Source: Vicugna vicugna
Taxonomy: Eukaryota
Assembly (NCBI GenBank): GCA_013265495.1
Contig: MU058337.1
Span: forward strand, 5,996,716 to 6,060,715
DNA length: 64,000 bases
Direction of reading: 5' to 3'
Under the pieces are notes generated by a model, which searched no databases, was not told the DNA's origin, and saw only the letters and a program-made list of their open reading frames with translations. A program made the translations under genes and the position numbers. Positions 27,605 through 41,715 of this stretch are shown here, one piece after another. Position 1 is the stretch's first letter. Every line of letters begins with the position of its first letter.

Positions 27605-29235
27605 AGACCTAGAATTGCCAAAACATTGCTGAAGAAAAAGAAAGAGGCTGGAGGAATAACTCTTCCAGACTTCAGACAATACCATAGAGCTACAGTAATC
27701 AAGACAGCATGGTATAGGTACAAAAACAGACATATGGACCATGGAGCAGAATAGAGAGTCCAGAAATGAACCCACAAACTTTTGGTCAACTAATCTTCGA
27801 CAAAGGACGCAAGAATATACAATGGAATAAAGACAGTCTCTTCAGCAAATGGTGTTGGGAAAACTGGACAACAGCATGTAAATCAATGAGCTAGAACACT
27901 CCCTTACACCACACACAAAAATAAACTCAAAATGGATCAAAGATTTAAATATAAGACAAGATACAATAAACCTCCTAGAAGAAAATATAGGCAAAACATT
28001 CTTACATACATCTCAAAAATGTTCTCCTAGGGCAGTCTATCCAAGCAATAGAAATAAAAGCAAGAATAAACAAATGGGACCTAATGAAACTTACAAGCTT
28101 CTGCACAGCAAAGGAAACAAGAAGTAAAACAAAACAACAACCTACAGAATGGGAGAAAATTTTTGCAAATGATGAAAGTGACAAAGGCTTGATCTCCAGA
28201 ATATATAAGCAGCTCATAAGACTTAATAAGAAAAAAAAAAAANNNNNNNNNNNNNNNNNNNNNNNNNNNNNNNNNNNNNNNNNNNNNNNNNNNNNNNNNN
28301 NNGGCACATGAAAAAATGCTCAATACCACTAATTATCAGAGAAATGCAAATCAAAACTACAATGAGGTACCACTTCACACCAACCAGAATGGCCATCATT
28401 CAAAAGTCCACAAATGACAAATGCTGGAGAGGCTGTGAAGAAAAAGGGAACCCTCCTACACTGCTGATGGGGATGCAGTCTGGTGTAGCCACTGTGGAAA
28501 ACAGTATGGAGGGTCCTCAAGACTAGGAATAGACTTACTATATGATCCAGGAATTTCACTCCTGGGCATATATCCAGAAAGAATTTTACTTCAAAAAGAC
28601 ACCTGCACCCCAATGTTCATAGCAGCACCATTTACAATAGCCAAGACATGGAAATAGCCTAAATGTCCATCAACAGATGACAGGATAAAGAAGTTGTGGT
28701 ATATTTACACAATGGAATACTATCCAGCCATAAAAACAACAATATAACGCCATTTGCAGCAACATGGATGTTCCTGGAGAATGTCATTCTAAGTGAAGTA
28801 AGCTAGAAAGAAAAAGAAAACTACCATATGAGATCGCTCATATGCGGAATCTAAAAAAAAAAGAACATAAATATAAAACAGAAAACAACCTACAGACATA
28901 GAATACAAACTTGTGGTTGCCAAGGGGGCGAGGGTGGGAAGGGACAGACTGGGATTTCAAAATTTGTAGATACTGACAGGCATATGCAGAATAGATAAAA
29001 AAGATTACACTGTATAGCACAGGGTAATACATATGAGATCCTGTGGTAGCTCACAGGAAAAAAAAAATATGTGACAATGAATATATGTATGTTCATGTAT
29101 GATTGAAAAATTGTGCTCTACACTGGAATTTGACACAACATTGTAAAATGACTATAACTCAATAAAAAATGTTAAATAAAATAAAATAAAAATAAATAAA
29201 ATATAATACAATCACTACTAACATATTTTTTAAAA
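27605..29235 (+). mobile_element. Young L1, 5'-truncated, containing an assembly gap
   Basis: Near-identical to 54297-55870. Imperfect 19-bp TSD AAGAATGAAATTTTACAAA (27586-27604) / AAGAATGGAAATTTACAAA (29236-29254). Confidence 0.92.
28243..28302. other. Assembly gap (60 N) after an A run inside an L1
   Basis: Direct reading. Confidence 1.
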
Positions 29236-30359
29236 AAGAATGGAAATTTACAAATTAGTTACAAATCCATTTCCCTATAATTTCTCTTATTCCCACCAAT
29301 TATTTTTTCAGTCAAACACCCTAAATCCATAAAAGCTCAAACTCTTTCAGTATGGAAAAGTCCCAAATATTTTTTAAATCTTAAATTGCTCTGAAATTAG
29401 AATATGATAATTTGTTCAGTTACAGTCAATTCTCAGAAACCAGAATTTGGATTGCATTAATTCTTAACTTTTTAATAAATGAAACAGCAAAGGATAAGAA
29501 ACAAGATGCTAAAAAGAGCTTCTAAAATCCTTATGGAAAATAAGGTTGCATATGGTACAGAATTATCTCTGATAGAATCTCTCACGGGATGTGGGGGTAT
29601 CTGTCTTCCACAGAATTTCAACAGTTCTCCTGCACTTTTTCTTCCACAGCAAAAGTAGATTCCTTCTTCACTGTAGCGATCAGGATAGGCCACTGACTAA
29701 GGTCTAACAAAAGTGAAACAATTTAGCTCTCTGTTCTCAAAGATACGGATTAGCCAGCCAACCACATCTGAGCATTTAATAACTTTAAGATCTTATTCCT
29801 TTCTATTTGAGATTTGTCTAGCTCTTTTGATTTTTGTAGACTATATAAAGGATGCTTTTCAAAAACATGAAAATATAAAAATTACCTAGATTTGGAAATT
29901 AACGATTATATACATACACACACATATACACACATACAAAAAAATGGAAAGGTATATTCAGGGTCCTAATATTAATCTTAGCACAAAGGCCTAAGCAGAA
30001 ACAGCTTATAAATGTAATGCTTTTTTATCAGCTTCATTTTTAGAAGAAAGATTTCCATCTCCATTTTTCTCCTAGACTCTTATATAAACACCCTTATGAT
30101 GAAAAGGTTTCTTTCAAAGAAGTTAATATTTCAATTATGTTTGTTCATTTTTAACAATAATTTTACAGTTAACTGACAAAAGAATAATAGGAGAATGTTA
30201 TTATTAATTAATTTGTGGCTCAGTTTGCCATCTGAAAAAAAATGACTACTGACAGGCTTTATTAATTATAATGACAACAGTAATAATAAACACGTTAAGC
30301 AATGTTTTACCAACATAGCACGCAAAATATTACTGGTAAGATTCTCACAGTCAGGAAGA

Positions 30360-30550
30360 AGAATGAGTGCTTAGTATAAACCAGGCGCTATTCTGAGCAT
30401 TTAAATGCGTTAATGCATTTAATGCTCACAATCCTATAAAGCAAGTGCTGTATTACTGTCACTTTACAGATGAGGAAAATGCAGCATGGAGAAGCTAAGG
30501 AACTTACTCACAGATATAGAGCTCGAAAGAACTAGGGCTAGGATTTACTT
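30360..30550 (-). mobile_element. MIR SINE
   Basis: ctttacagatgaggaaaatgcagcatggagaagctaaggaacttac. Confidence 0.7.
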
Positions 30551-33174
30551 GTACTAAGTGAAAATAGTGGATGTTTGCAACTAACAAAAACAATGATTAA
30601 ATGAGTTCCCCATTAGTCAGCTACAATTGTTCCGAACCATTTTATGGTCTAGAACCTCACTGAATTTCTCCTTAGAAAAGTGTGTATCTAATTTCAGAGG
30701 GTCCACAGATTCCCCTAAAGCTAATTACAGAGTCCAGATAACCCAGGTTAGATATTTCTGCTTTGGGAAGCTGGCAATACCAACATGGCACAGTCTCCAT
30801 TTCCCCAGACTTTCCCCAGTTAACTGCAGCAGAGCATGGAGCACTGAGATCTGGGGCAAAGGGACAGCCAACAACAGGTACTAAGCTCTTCTCTCTGATG
30901 GGCTGGATGAAACTAAGAGACTAGCTTCGGAGAACTGCAGGGAAGAATGTGAAAGGAACAGGTCACGGAGACAGCCTGGCCTGCAGGGATCCAAGGGCTC
31001 TGGCGAGAAAGCCAGTAAAGGGTCTAGAAGAGTCCCTGGTCTCTTTGCCACGGAGTGCAAATAGCCAGTAAATGTTGGCTGGATTCTGTCCATGAGACGA
31101 GGAGAATGCTGGGAGACATAGCTCTTCCTGTCCTCAGGAATACAAAGGGTTTTGTCTTCAACCACTTGAAGGACTAGTGCCACTTAGTATATTACAACAA
31201 ACAGAACTCAGTACTGATTACCCAAAACAACCACAGTGAAACACAGTAGCGGGTGTACCCACTGAGAAAGGATTAGCATTCAGAATAATCATCACATGTG
31301 CCAAGTGAAATGGAACAGCTAAGGGACAGAAAAAGGACTTTATCTGAAAAACAGTAAGGGCACTCAGAAACCTCAGGAATAGCAGTACAGCACACACACA
31401 CCTTTATACACAATTAGACTTTCTGGGATAAAAATACATAATTTCCCAATTATGGAATTCAATCGATTGCTTAGAAGAAAAGATGATCCCTGTTGGAACC
31501 TGAATTAGTAGCCTGAAGAGGAACATAAAGAAATTATATCAAGAAACAGAACACAAAAACAAAATGAGAGTAATCACGAGGGAAAGGATATGAGCCCCAG
31601 AGGGCTTGTCTGGAATACCTAACCTGCAAGCAACAGAAGTCACAAAAGGAGAAAAGGAAAAAAGAAAAGGAGATGAGGAAAGGGAACAGTTTACAAAAGT
31701 CTTTCTCTGAAATGAAGGAAACACTTAAACCCGTACAACTGAAAGAGCACACAGAGTAAAAGGCAGAGCTGATGGATATAAACACAGACCTAGGCATGTG
31801 AGAAAACTTTAAAATCCCTGAATTCCAATATTTAAGGGAAAGTTGGGCCACCTTTCAGACAGTAGGAATACATTACCTACAATGTATGAGAAATAAGAAC
31901 ATCAGACTTAACACTAGAAGCTAGAATACAGTAGGATGCATAAGCTACAAAAGACTTGAACAGAAACCCAAGAATCCTATATTCAATCAAAATATCATCC
32001 CCCTTTCAGGGCAAGGAAACATATTTGAGGATGGGGCATTTTAGAGCAATCATCCATATATTCCAGCTGAGGAAATTAGATGAAAAAATTTTCTAGTCAA
32101 AGAAATGAACTAGGGCAGAAATCTCAAAAAAGGAGAAAGCAGAGAAGCTAGAGTAATTGAGAGACATGCCTGGGGGTGTGTATATAGAAGATAAAAAAGG
32201 ACTTTGGAAACAGAAGGGATAAACTACAAAGGAAAGTAAAATACAGCCTCGAAGCATGAAATTATCTCAGAGAATCTAATGCTTGAAAGTTGAGGAAACC
32301 ATTTATATCATCTTCACAAATATTAATGGAGAAAATGTGTGTCTGAATAGGAGGATGAACACAAATACAATTTTAAAGGACAAGAAAATCTCCAATTTAT
32401 CAATGGGAAGCAATAGGAATAATTAGCAATTTAACTCAAACAACAAATAGAAAAGGGGAGAAAATGAAAAACATGGAATATTAATCATAAAATATAAAGT
32501 GAAATAAATAAAATCAAGTATTTAAAATTGGAAGGACTGAAATTTCACACTAAAGTATCAGATTGGGTTTTTTTTTTTAAAGAACACAATTAAAACGTGA
32601 TAAAGAAGACTTTAAAATAAAATAAGAAGCAAATAAAAACAAAAAGAAGCAAGAGATACAACATGATACAGGTCATGATTGAATTTAAGATTAAAACTCT
32701 TAACAAGATAAAGATATTGTATAATGATAAAAGGTACACAGCAGTAAACCTATGCTGTACATACTAAATTATTTTCTAAACATGTAAACATATTTAGAAA
32801 TGCAAGGAAGACTCAGAGGTGTATACTGAAGTAGTTATGGATGAAATTATACAGTGTCTATGATTTGCGTTAAAATATTCCAGCTATCAGGGGTAAAAGC
32901 AAGGAAAGGGTGGCGCACATGAAACAATACTAGCCAAGTAAATACGAAGTGAGGTCACGGATTCGGGGCCTTTACCATCCTACTCTCACTATCCTGAAGT
33001 ACTTTTATATGTTTGAAAGTCACCGTGAAGAAAAGAAAGACAGAAAGACAGGTAAATGGAGGGAGGAAGGAAAAGAAGGAAGAAGGGAAATAGAAAAAGA
33101 AAAATGAAAAAAGAAAGGAAAGAAAGAGGGGGAGAGCAAGGAAAGAAATGCAAGGATGTCTTGGTGCAAGAATT

Positions 33175-33485
33175 TTGAGGCAAGTGAAACTACTCTGCAT
33201 GATATTGTGATGAAGATACATGTCGTTAAACACACCACAACCCACACAATGTGCAATCCAGGGTGAATTCTAATGTAAACTATGGGCCTTAGCTAAGAAA
33301 AATGTATCAGCATTGGCTCATCAACTGTAACGAATATACTTTTCTAACACAAGATGTGATAATAAGGGAAACTGGTGGGGGTGGGGGATAGTGAGTAAAG
33401 GGTATATGGGAACTCACTGCACTTAACATTAATTTTTTGGTAAAACTAAAACTGCTCTAAAAAATAAAATCTCTTATTTTTTAAT
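33175..33485 (+). mobile_element. L1MC-type 3' end
   Basis: gtgaaactactctgcatgata...taatgtaaactatgg...tatatgggaactc...aaaactgctctaaaaaataaa. Confidence 0.7.
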
Positions 33486-34352
33486 AAATTATGATGGAAA
33501 ACTTTATATATCTAAGACATCCTTGAATTTCTTTCTGAATAAAACAGATCCAATAAAAGAGAAAGAAAAAAGAGAAAAGTAATAAAGGAAATGAATAAAA
33601 TAATCAATAACCTTGATTTTTAATAGCTATCACTTCATAAAATACTGAAGGTCTACCACACAAGGGTCTACACAAAGATGTTCAAGGGCCTAACACTGAG
33701 AATGATACCAGCATCAAATGGATTCACATCTAAATTCAAAATTTTAAAGAACAGATCGTGCCTATCATTTACTAGACCCCAGAAAAAGAAAGAATACCTC
33801 CACAGGTAGTTTGAAAAAACACATAGAACTTTATTACTCAGATGTGGTAAAGACAGTATGTTAAAAAGAAATAAAAATTCAAAATATTTATATTCACTCA
33901 TAAAATCTAGCAAAATACCAAAAGGAAAATCACTATGTCTAATTAAAATTTATTCTAGGAATATAAAGAAAATGTATTAAAAGAGTCTATAATGGTAATA
34001 AATTAAAAGATAAAAGGACCATATTTTCCTTATGAGTAGTAATTGGTAGATAATTTCAGCCACAACTAGGGACAAAGAGGAGATCTTACAAACTTCTAGG
34101 GGGAGAAAAAAGATTTTTAACAATCAAGAATCAGATACACCTCAATATCAACAATATAAATTAAAAGAAAGCAAAATAAGGCCTTCAAAATTATTAATGA
34201 AAAATTATTTCCAATCCAGAATTCTATACTCAAAATTATACAAGAAAACTCAGGAGAAAATCTTTGGGACCTTAGGTTAGGCAAAGATTTCTCAGGAATG
34301 ACATCAAAAGCACAATCCATAAAGGAAAAAAATTTGTAAACTGATCTTCAAC

Positions 34353-34496
34353 AAAATTAAAAAACTTTGTGCTTCAAATGACAACATTAAGAAAATAAAA
34401 ACATAAGCCACAGGTTGGATGAAAAAATTAAAAAACTTTGTGCTTCAAATGACAACATTAAGAAAATAAAAACATAAGCCACAGGTTGGATGAAAA
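34353..34496 (+). repeat. Perfect 71-bp tandem duplication
   Basis: Unit AAAATTAAAAAACTTTGTGCTTCAAATG...CACAGGTTGGATGAA starts at 34353 and again at 34424. Confidence 0.97.
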
Positions 34497-35330
34497 TGTT
34501 TGCAAATCATATATTCCTACTAAAGAATTCTTACAGCTCAATAATTACAAAATAAATAAACCAATTTAAAAATGAGCAAAAGATATGATTAGATATTTCA
34601 ACTAAAGGAGATACACAATTGGCCAAAAAGTACATGAAGAGAGATTTAATATCACCAAGCATTAGAGACTAATGCAAATTAAAACCACAGTGAGATAGCA
34701 CTTCATATCCACTAGAATGGCTACCATCAAAAAGATAGTACTGTTTAGGAGGATGTAGAAATGTAGAGAAACTAAACTCTTATACATTACTCATGGCAAT
34801 GTAAAATGGTGTGACCAATTTGGAAAACAGTTTAACAGTTTCATAATTTACCACTCAATCCAGCAATTCCACTCTAAGTATCTACCCAAGGGAAATGAAA
34901 CAATCTGTCCATATAAAGACTTGTATGTGAATGTTTATAGCAGCATTATTCATAATAGCCAAAAACTGAAAACAATGCAAATATCCACCAACTTGTGACT
35001 AAGTAAAACAGATGATGGATAGACTACTACTCAGCAATAAAAAAGAATGAACTACTGAAACACACTACAGCATAAATAAACCTCAAAAACATTGTGCTAA
35101 GGAAAAGAAGTCAGACACAAAAGATCACATATTGTATGACTTTATTTATACAAAATGTTCAGAAAAGGCAAATCTAGAAATAGAAAATCAGTTGTTGTCT
35201 GGGGGCAGGAATAGAAACAGAAAGACTGCACATTGCATGAGGATCTTTATGGGGTGATGGAAACATTCTACCATTGGATTCTGCTGTTTGTAGCACAACC
35301 CTGTATATTTACTACAACTTATTGACTTGT

Positions 35331-35670
35331 TGTCTTAGTCCATTTAAACTACTATAACATAGACTGAGTGGCTTATAAACAATAGAAACTTATTCCTCAC
35401 AGTTCTGGAGGCTAGGAGGGAAGTCTAAGAGTAAGGGGCCAACTATTCAGTTTTTGGTAAAGGCCAATTCCTGTTCATAGACAGCCGTCTTCTCACTGTG
35501 TCCCCACATGGCAGAGGGGCCTCTTTTATAATAGCACAAATCGCCCTAACGAGGGCTCCACCCTCGTAACCTGATCACTTCCCAAAGGCCTCACCTCCAA
35601 ATACTATCACACTGGGGGTTATGTTTCAACATATGGATTTTGGAGGGGTACAAACATTCAGTCTATCTCA
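35331..35670 (-). mobile_element. MaLR solo LTR (MLT1A-like)
   Basis: TGTCTTAGTCC...cacagttctggaggct...caaacattcagtctatctCA. 5-bp TSD CTTGT at 35326-35330 and 35671-35675. Confidence 0.88.
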
Positions 35671-37890
35671 CTTGTACACTTAATATGGGTGAATGCTGTT
35701 ATAGGCAAATTATACCACAATAAAAACTATTGGGTCTTTTTTTTTCCCCCAATAATAAGTTAAAATAGTTGTTTTCACTCATGCACCAGTTCTTAGGAAG
35801 CTACTCAAAGATAAGCTCCAGGAAAAAAATAAATAAATAAACCAACAGTGCTTAAGACAAAAATCCAGGAGAAAAGAGGTTGAAAAAGAGAGTATTAGGA
35901 ACCCTCAGGGCAAGTGAGGAAATCTCAGCTTGAGAACCATGCTGCAAATGTAGAGGGTAGCCAGTCCAGACTAGAGCAGGCCGAAGGAAACCAGAGATTT
36001 CCACAAAAAAGGTGCAAGTGACAGAAAACTCACTGTGCTTGAATTAATGAAACACAGGACAAGTTTGTGGATAAATTAGTGATAAATACATAGAAAACAA
36101 AGCTGGCAAGCAAACAAAAAAGACAGTTTTTAGCTATAGAGAAAACAAAATGGTGCAAGAAAGTGAAAGTAATCTTAAGAGACAACATGACTGCTGGGAA
36201 TAGCGTTCATACTGTGATCATAATAAAATCCCAAATGCTGGCCAAACCCAAATCATGACACAGTGAGAGCAGGAGGGTGGGTGTGACGAGGAGGGCAGTA
36301 ACATACCTCATCTCTCACAAAGGGAAGCTGATAGAAAAAGCAGAAAATCAAGGACCAGTACAGGTGTATCTATTAACAAGATGTTAAAAACATTAAAAGA
36401 CTCAACTAAAAGAGTTAACTTTGGTCAGAATCACGAATACAAGCCTCCCCAGTGAGAAAGAGGCAATAATTAATTGTCCCTAAGCAGAGAAGAAGCAACA
36501 GCTTTCCTCCGGCCCCTTCCCTTCTCAGCAGCAGTGGCCCCTCCCGGCCCAAAGCTGCAGTTCCCCACGCACACCAGTTCAAAGAGGCTTCCCTCTTCCA
36601 AGTGATTTCTCATTTCTCCTTTATTTATTTTTCTTTTCTTTCTTTTTTTTGGGGGGGGTGTTAGGGGTTTGCGTAATCAACTCAAGGGTTGATACTGGGT
36701 CAAAAAGCCACTAACATGATAATTCAGCTGTTTCAAGCCCTATAATTTTATACCCGGGTAAAAGTTCTTCAAATATAAGGATAACCTTATCAACCAACTA
36801 AGAAGTCAAAGAATACAGTATCATGGATACCTCTCAAAAATAAATTCTTGGTTAAAAAAAAGAAGAACCTAACCACAAGGTAAGTCAAAATGCAGACTGA
36901 TTAATCATAAAACTCTGGTAAGATGCTGATGGTGACCATGAAAACAAAGGTAAAATGAACAAACTGGGAGACTCACACCAACAGAAAAGAAGTACAGTAC
37001 TATTATAATAATGAAAAATAATAAAAACAGCAAAAATGAAGAGTTAAGGAAGGCAGGATTAAATATAAATATGTCAATTTCCATTCATCTTTGTAAAAAG
37101 GAAACAATACACTCTCAAATTGGAATATGAAAAAATATGATGACAAAATATAAAATTTTAATAATCATTTTTATTATTAAGAATCTTTTAGGAATTAATA
37201 TCGCTGCAGAAAATAGTTATCTAATAAATAGTTCAGTAATTTCATTTTAATTTTTCTCCTGTTAAATATAAATAAAATAAGCTAATTCAAAAACATATGG
37301 AAAAATTAGAGTAATGAGAAAGGAATAGTCTTACTGGATACTGTATTATTAATAAAAAGATATAATATCTAAAATAGTGTGGTACTAGCACACGAATAAA
37401 CAGGTTAAAAAAGGAAACAGATGTAAACATCTGCATACACATGAGTACATAAGGAAGATGACTTCTAATTAGCACAGAAAAGAATGTTTATTCAATAATT
37501 GTTGTGATGGAGTTGCTCACCTGAGGCTGCCTGCTCTCCCCTTGAGAGCATACTATCTATCCCTTAATAAATCCTCACTTTACTTTCTCAAAAAAAAAAA
37601 AAAAGTTGTAACGAGTAAGAAGCCATTTGAGAAAAATAAAATAAATCCCAAATGAAGTGAAAATTTCACCAAGAAAGATGAAATACATACTAAAAGAAAA
37701 CATGGAAGATAAATGTTTCAGTTTTCTTGGAGGAGGAAGAGCCTAAGTATGTCACAGCATCAGACATAATCAAAGAGATTTCAAAATTCAATTGCAAAAT
37801 TTAAAACCAAAATTTTCTGTAAAGGAAAAAACAACATACAAAGTCAAAAAGATAGGCAACAGGTGAGAGAAAAGTGCTACAAATTATATC

Positions 37891-38376
37891 TGTTATATTT
37901 TATACCTACATTTATTTGTTAATTCTGTCAGGAAACAAGTTTCTGGATCAGAGATGGACGCACCTGTTTACTCACAGAGCATCTCTGCACCATTCCTCAC
38001 ATCCCAACTCCCCATGGGCCTAATGTCCCTGTGCATGCAGAGGGGAGTGTATCTACCACAGGAGAGGAGCCCCCAAACCATATAACTCAGAGCTTTTGTA
38101 TAAGAGTTGCTGGCATGTCTGCCCTTCTTCAACTCTGGAGAGAGAGCAAACTTGGCTCTTGAAGGTAAAGTAAACAAATCCTTCTGGGGAGAGAAGGGGA
38201 AAGCCTCTATTTACCAACCCAGAATGTCAACAAACAGTTCTGGGGAAAGAGAAGACTTTCTCTCTAGCAGTCTCTTTAATGTTGTTATCATTTAATCTTG
38301 GTGTTAGTGGTCTTTGGTTAAAAATCCCTCACTCTGTAAAGATGTGAAAATATTCAAGGAGCATCACTTCCTGATA
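37891..38376 (-). mobile_element. ERV solo LTR (MER34-like; family uncertain) inserted in an old L1
   Basis: GC-richer block starting TG, flanked by ATATC at 37886-37890 and 38377-38381. Old L1-like sequence on both sides. Confidence 0.5.
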
Positions 38377-40257
38377 ATATCACAAATGGCTAATTTCCTG
38401 AAAAAATGAAAAACCATCTACAGGTTGACAAGAAAACCCAAAGGACAAAGGATTTAATAGTCAAGTCAAGGCAAAGGAAAAGTAAATGAATCTATGAAGA
38501 AAATTTCACCCTTACTTATATTTAGGAAAACTACAGTGTGATACCATGCTTCACTATCCAAAGCTCCAAAGACAAAGCACCCTTTGGCCAGGGAAGTTCT
38601 CTTACAAAAGCCAACTTGATAATACTTAACTAAATTATAAAAGGACGTATCGTTTTCCAGGCAATTCTATTTCCACATGTACAAAATGATGATGTAAAGG
38701 GTCACTCATAATTGCACTATTTGCAATGGCAAAATATTGGAAAATTTATCAATGTGAAATTATATGATTGTACATCCATACAACTGAACATTAAAAATCA
38801 TAAAAATGAAGAAGATAATGCTTTAAATTAGGTATGGAACACAACCAAAGATAAATTTTTAAGTAAAACAATGGTTGCCTTTAGAGGAAAAATAAATGGT
38901 TGTAATATAAAAAATGTGGTATGGGGAGTTACTTTTCCAATGTATACTCTTTTGAACAATTAAGATTTTCTTTTAACCAAGTATTACCAGTTTTTAGTGT
39001 TTTAATTCAATAAAATAAGAAACTAAAATTATTTAAGCAAAATTATGTATCATTTCACTAAAATAGCATTTTAACAAACTATTTTCATAGAGTACTTATT
39101 CATCTTTCAAATGCAGAGAGAAGGAAACAGGTGAATATGGTTGGAGATATATGTGAGCTTCTACCAGAAGAAGTGAATAGAGGCCATTCCAAGCATAGGG
39201 AGCAACACGATAAAGGCACAGAGAGGTCACACTGAATTCAGGGAAAAGAAGTACTCTCCTAAGTAGTACGAAGAGATCAGCACTGGCAGGAAAGAGGGCT
39301 CTGAGGTGACATTAAGGCCACGGAGAAAAGGGACTTGTAACGCAACAGCATTTGAATTTCATCTTTAAGCAACAGAAAACAGTGACTTTAAAAAGAAACA
39401 AACAAAAATATATGGGGATAGCACAGATAATCCTGACATATAAATTCTGACCAGACTGACAACAAAACCAGTATTTACACACCAAACCTGGCGACTTTCT
39501 CAGTGTTACATCTTTTTAAGGAGAAATGGTATTTATTACAAATTTCACTCTTAAGGAAATCTAGCAAAGTGAAGATCCTACTCACATTTCTATTATCAGA
39601 AGAAATGTACAAGTTCTAAAACTGGAAAAAGTGACAGTTCCATCAGGAAATTTCAAAGAAAAATAAAAAGGAACAAAGAAAATTATAGCCCTCCAGGCTC
39701 AAACTGAAACAGTAATTAGGGATAACATATATCTCAGAAGATACAGAATTTGGTGAATATGCCTTAAGTATTATAATTTAAGGTTAGTAAAGAAATTTGA
39801 AACAGAAAATCTACTATTAAAAAGACATTTGAATTGTTTAAACAGTATCAGAAAAAAGTCTTTGAAATATCTAAGAATGGCTTTCTGAACACTATAAAAT
39901 CCAAGATTGTTTCATGCTGCCATTCAGTTACAGCCTCCACCACCAAATCTCTCTCCATCACATAGATGCGTCTAAAAAAATCAAAATTAATTTGTCTGGT
40001 AACTAGCAGAATTACTGTCACTGGAAGCAAATGCAAGAGAGAAAATAGATATTATTAAACATTAAATGGGACACAAATTATCAAAGTGTACAACTAAATA
40101 GCATAGAATTAGGTACTATCAAATCCAATATGATGAAATTCCTCATGAATTTCATTTTTCCTGAAATTTATTCATAACCTTTTTTGAGGGTACTGAACAT
40201 AGTTTCCTGGCAAGCCATCCATGATGCAAAGTGTAAAAGTAGGTACCTAATGATTTA

Positions 40258-40348
40258 AATTCATTTATTTTATTTATTTTACTGGATATTGAACCCTGGG
40301 CCTCATGCATGCTCAGCATGCACTCTACCACTGAGTTATACCCTACCT
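40258..40348 (-). mobile_element. tRNA-Ala-derived SINE (Vic-1 type), short
   Basis: Minus strand GGGTATAACTCAGTGGTAGAGTGCATGCTGAGCATGCATGAGGCCCAGGGTTCAATATCCAGT followed by an A-rich tail. TSD GGTACCT(C)AATGATTTA at 40242-40257 and 40349-40365. Confidence 0.88.
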
Positions 40349-41404
40349 GGTACCTCAATGATTTAGACCTATTACACAGAATTACTTGATAAAAATATCA
40401 ACTTTTAGAGGTCTTATTCCAAAAACCATGGGACAAACCTGAAAAAAGTATGGGCTGAGATAAATGAGCCAGAAAAAAATTTAAAAATGAACGGATTTTT
40501 AAAAATTAGAACATAGTAACAAAATGCACTAAAAAAAGACAATGGTTTTTAATTCTGCAAATTCTGGTAAGTACCTCAACTAAACCATCTAGTATTTATT
40601 GTGTCTTGAATAAAATACAAATATTTTGGAGTCACTTCAAATTGTTTTCAAAATCATATTACAAGCTATTCTCATCATGACATAATAAAGTCTTCATTTT
40701 AATCAAAAACATGATTTTCCAGCTAATTATCTAATTAGACATACATCAATATAAAGACATTTTTAATGAAAATCAAATTAATCTCTAAGAGATACAATTC
40801 TGTCACTTCTAAAGATATTCACAATAATGGAATATAGGCTAAAAAAGTGATTCCAAACAGAAGTACCATACATTTTGAGCAACAACTACTGAGGTTAATA
40901 CCTATACAAACTCTATAAATACATATTATTGTTGGTCTCAAAATGCATCTAGATACATAAATTCTGCCATACTCAATGAAAACCAGTCCCATGGTATAAT
41001 CTCAAAAGCATAATGTCAAAAAAAAGCCATGTACAAAAAATTATACATTATAGAGTCCCACTGATTTAAAGTCTTAAAAAGAAATCTAAACAGGCAAAAT
41101 TAAAAATTAGTTCTATTGCTTAGGTGTGCATAATTGAAAGAACTATCCAGAAATACAAGGAGGTGTTTGGAATTCAGTCAGAATCGTAAATAGGATGATG
41201 GCGGAGGAATCATTGAGAAGGGGAGGAAGTCAGAGGGGAGGGGAAAGAAGTGCTGGCATTTTGGTACTTCCAGATCCAGGTGATGCTAACATGGATTTTT
41301 GCTTATAATAATTTTTTCAACTACACATTTGTATCTGACTTACTTTCCTGTGCATGTATTTTAGTTTACAATTTAAATCAAACAGAAAAAGGAAAGAAGG
41401 AAGG

Positions 41405-41715
41405 ACATAAAGCCACCAGCTAGTTGATAGCACCAGTGGCTTCCTGAGACGTTGGCTGGAATTGAGGAATTATACCCCCTAAAGTCAGCAGTTCCACGGT
41501 GGCCACTTGAGTTCTCACCCTCATAACTGTGACAGAGGTGTCAGTGCCTCTGGAAGCCAGGTTGGGTGGGGCAGTTCTGAGAGTCAGTCCTGAAAACTCA
41601 CTCCAAATATCCTTCCTTCCTCCAACCCTTCCAAAGATCTGTAAGCACTTAACCCCTTTCTATTCAACACATCTAGAGTGATTCTCATAACAGCACATGA
41701 ACCCTAACTAATGCG
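41405..41715 (+). mobile_element. Old ERVL/MaLR-type LTR fragment
   Basis: Ends ...tctagagtgattctc...gaaccctaactaatg, resembling ERVL-class LTR 3' termini. Confidence 0.4.

Larger units (their letters stand above)
34240..35730 (+). mobile_element. Old L1 (L1MB-like) ORF2 end and 3'UTR, interrupted by an LTR
   Basis: Degenerate atgcaaattaaaaccacagtgagatagcacttcatatccactagaatggct and cagcaattccactctaagtatctaccc. Confidence 0.8.

Noticed and set aside
28243..28302. Possible hidden insertion in the N gap
   Set aside because: The flanks are collinear with the intact L1 copy, where roughly 75-80 nt separate the same anchors. The gap is most simply missing L1 sequence after an A run.
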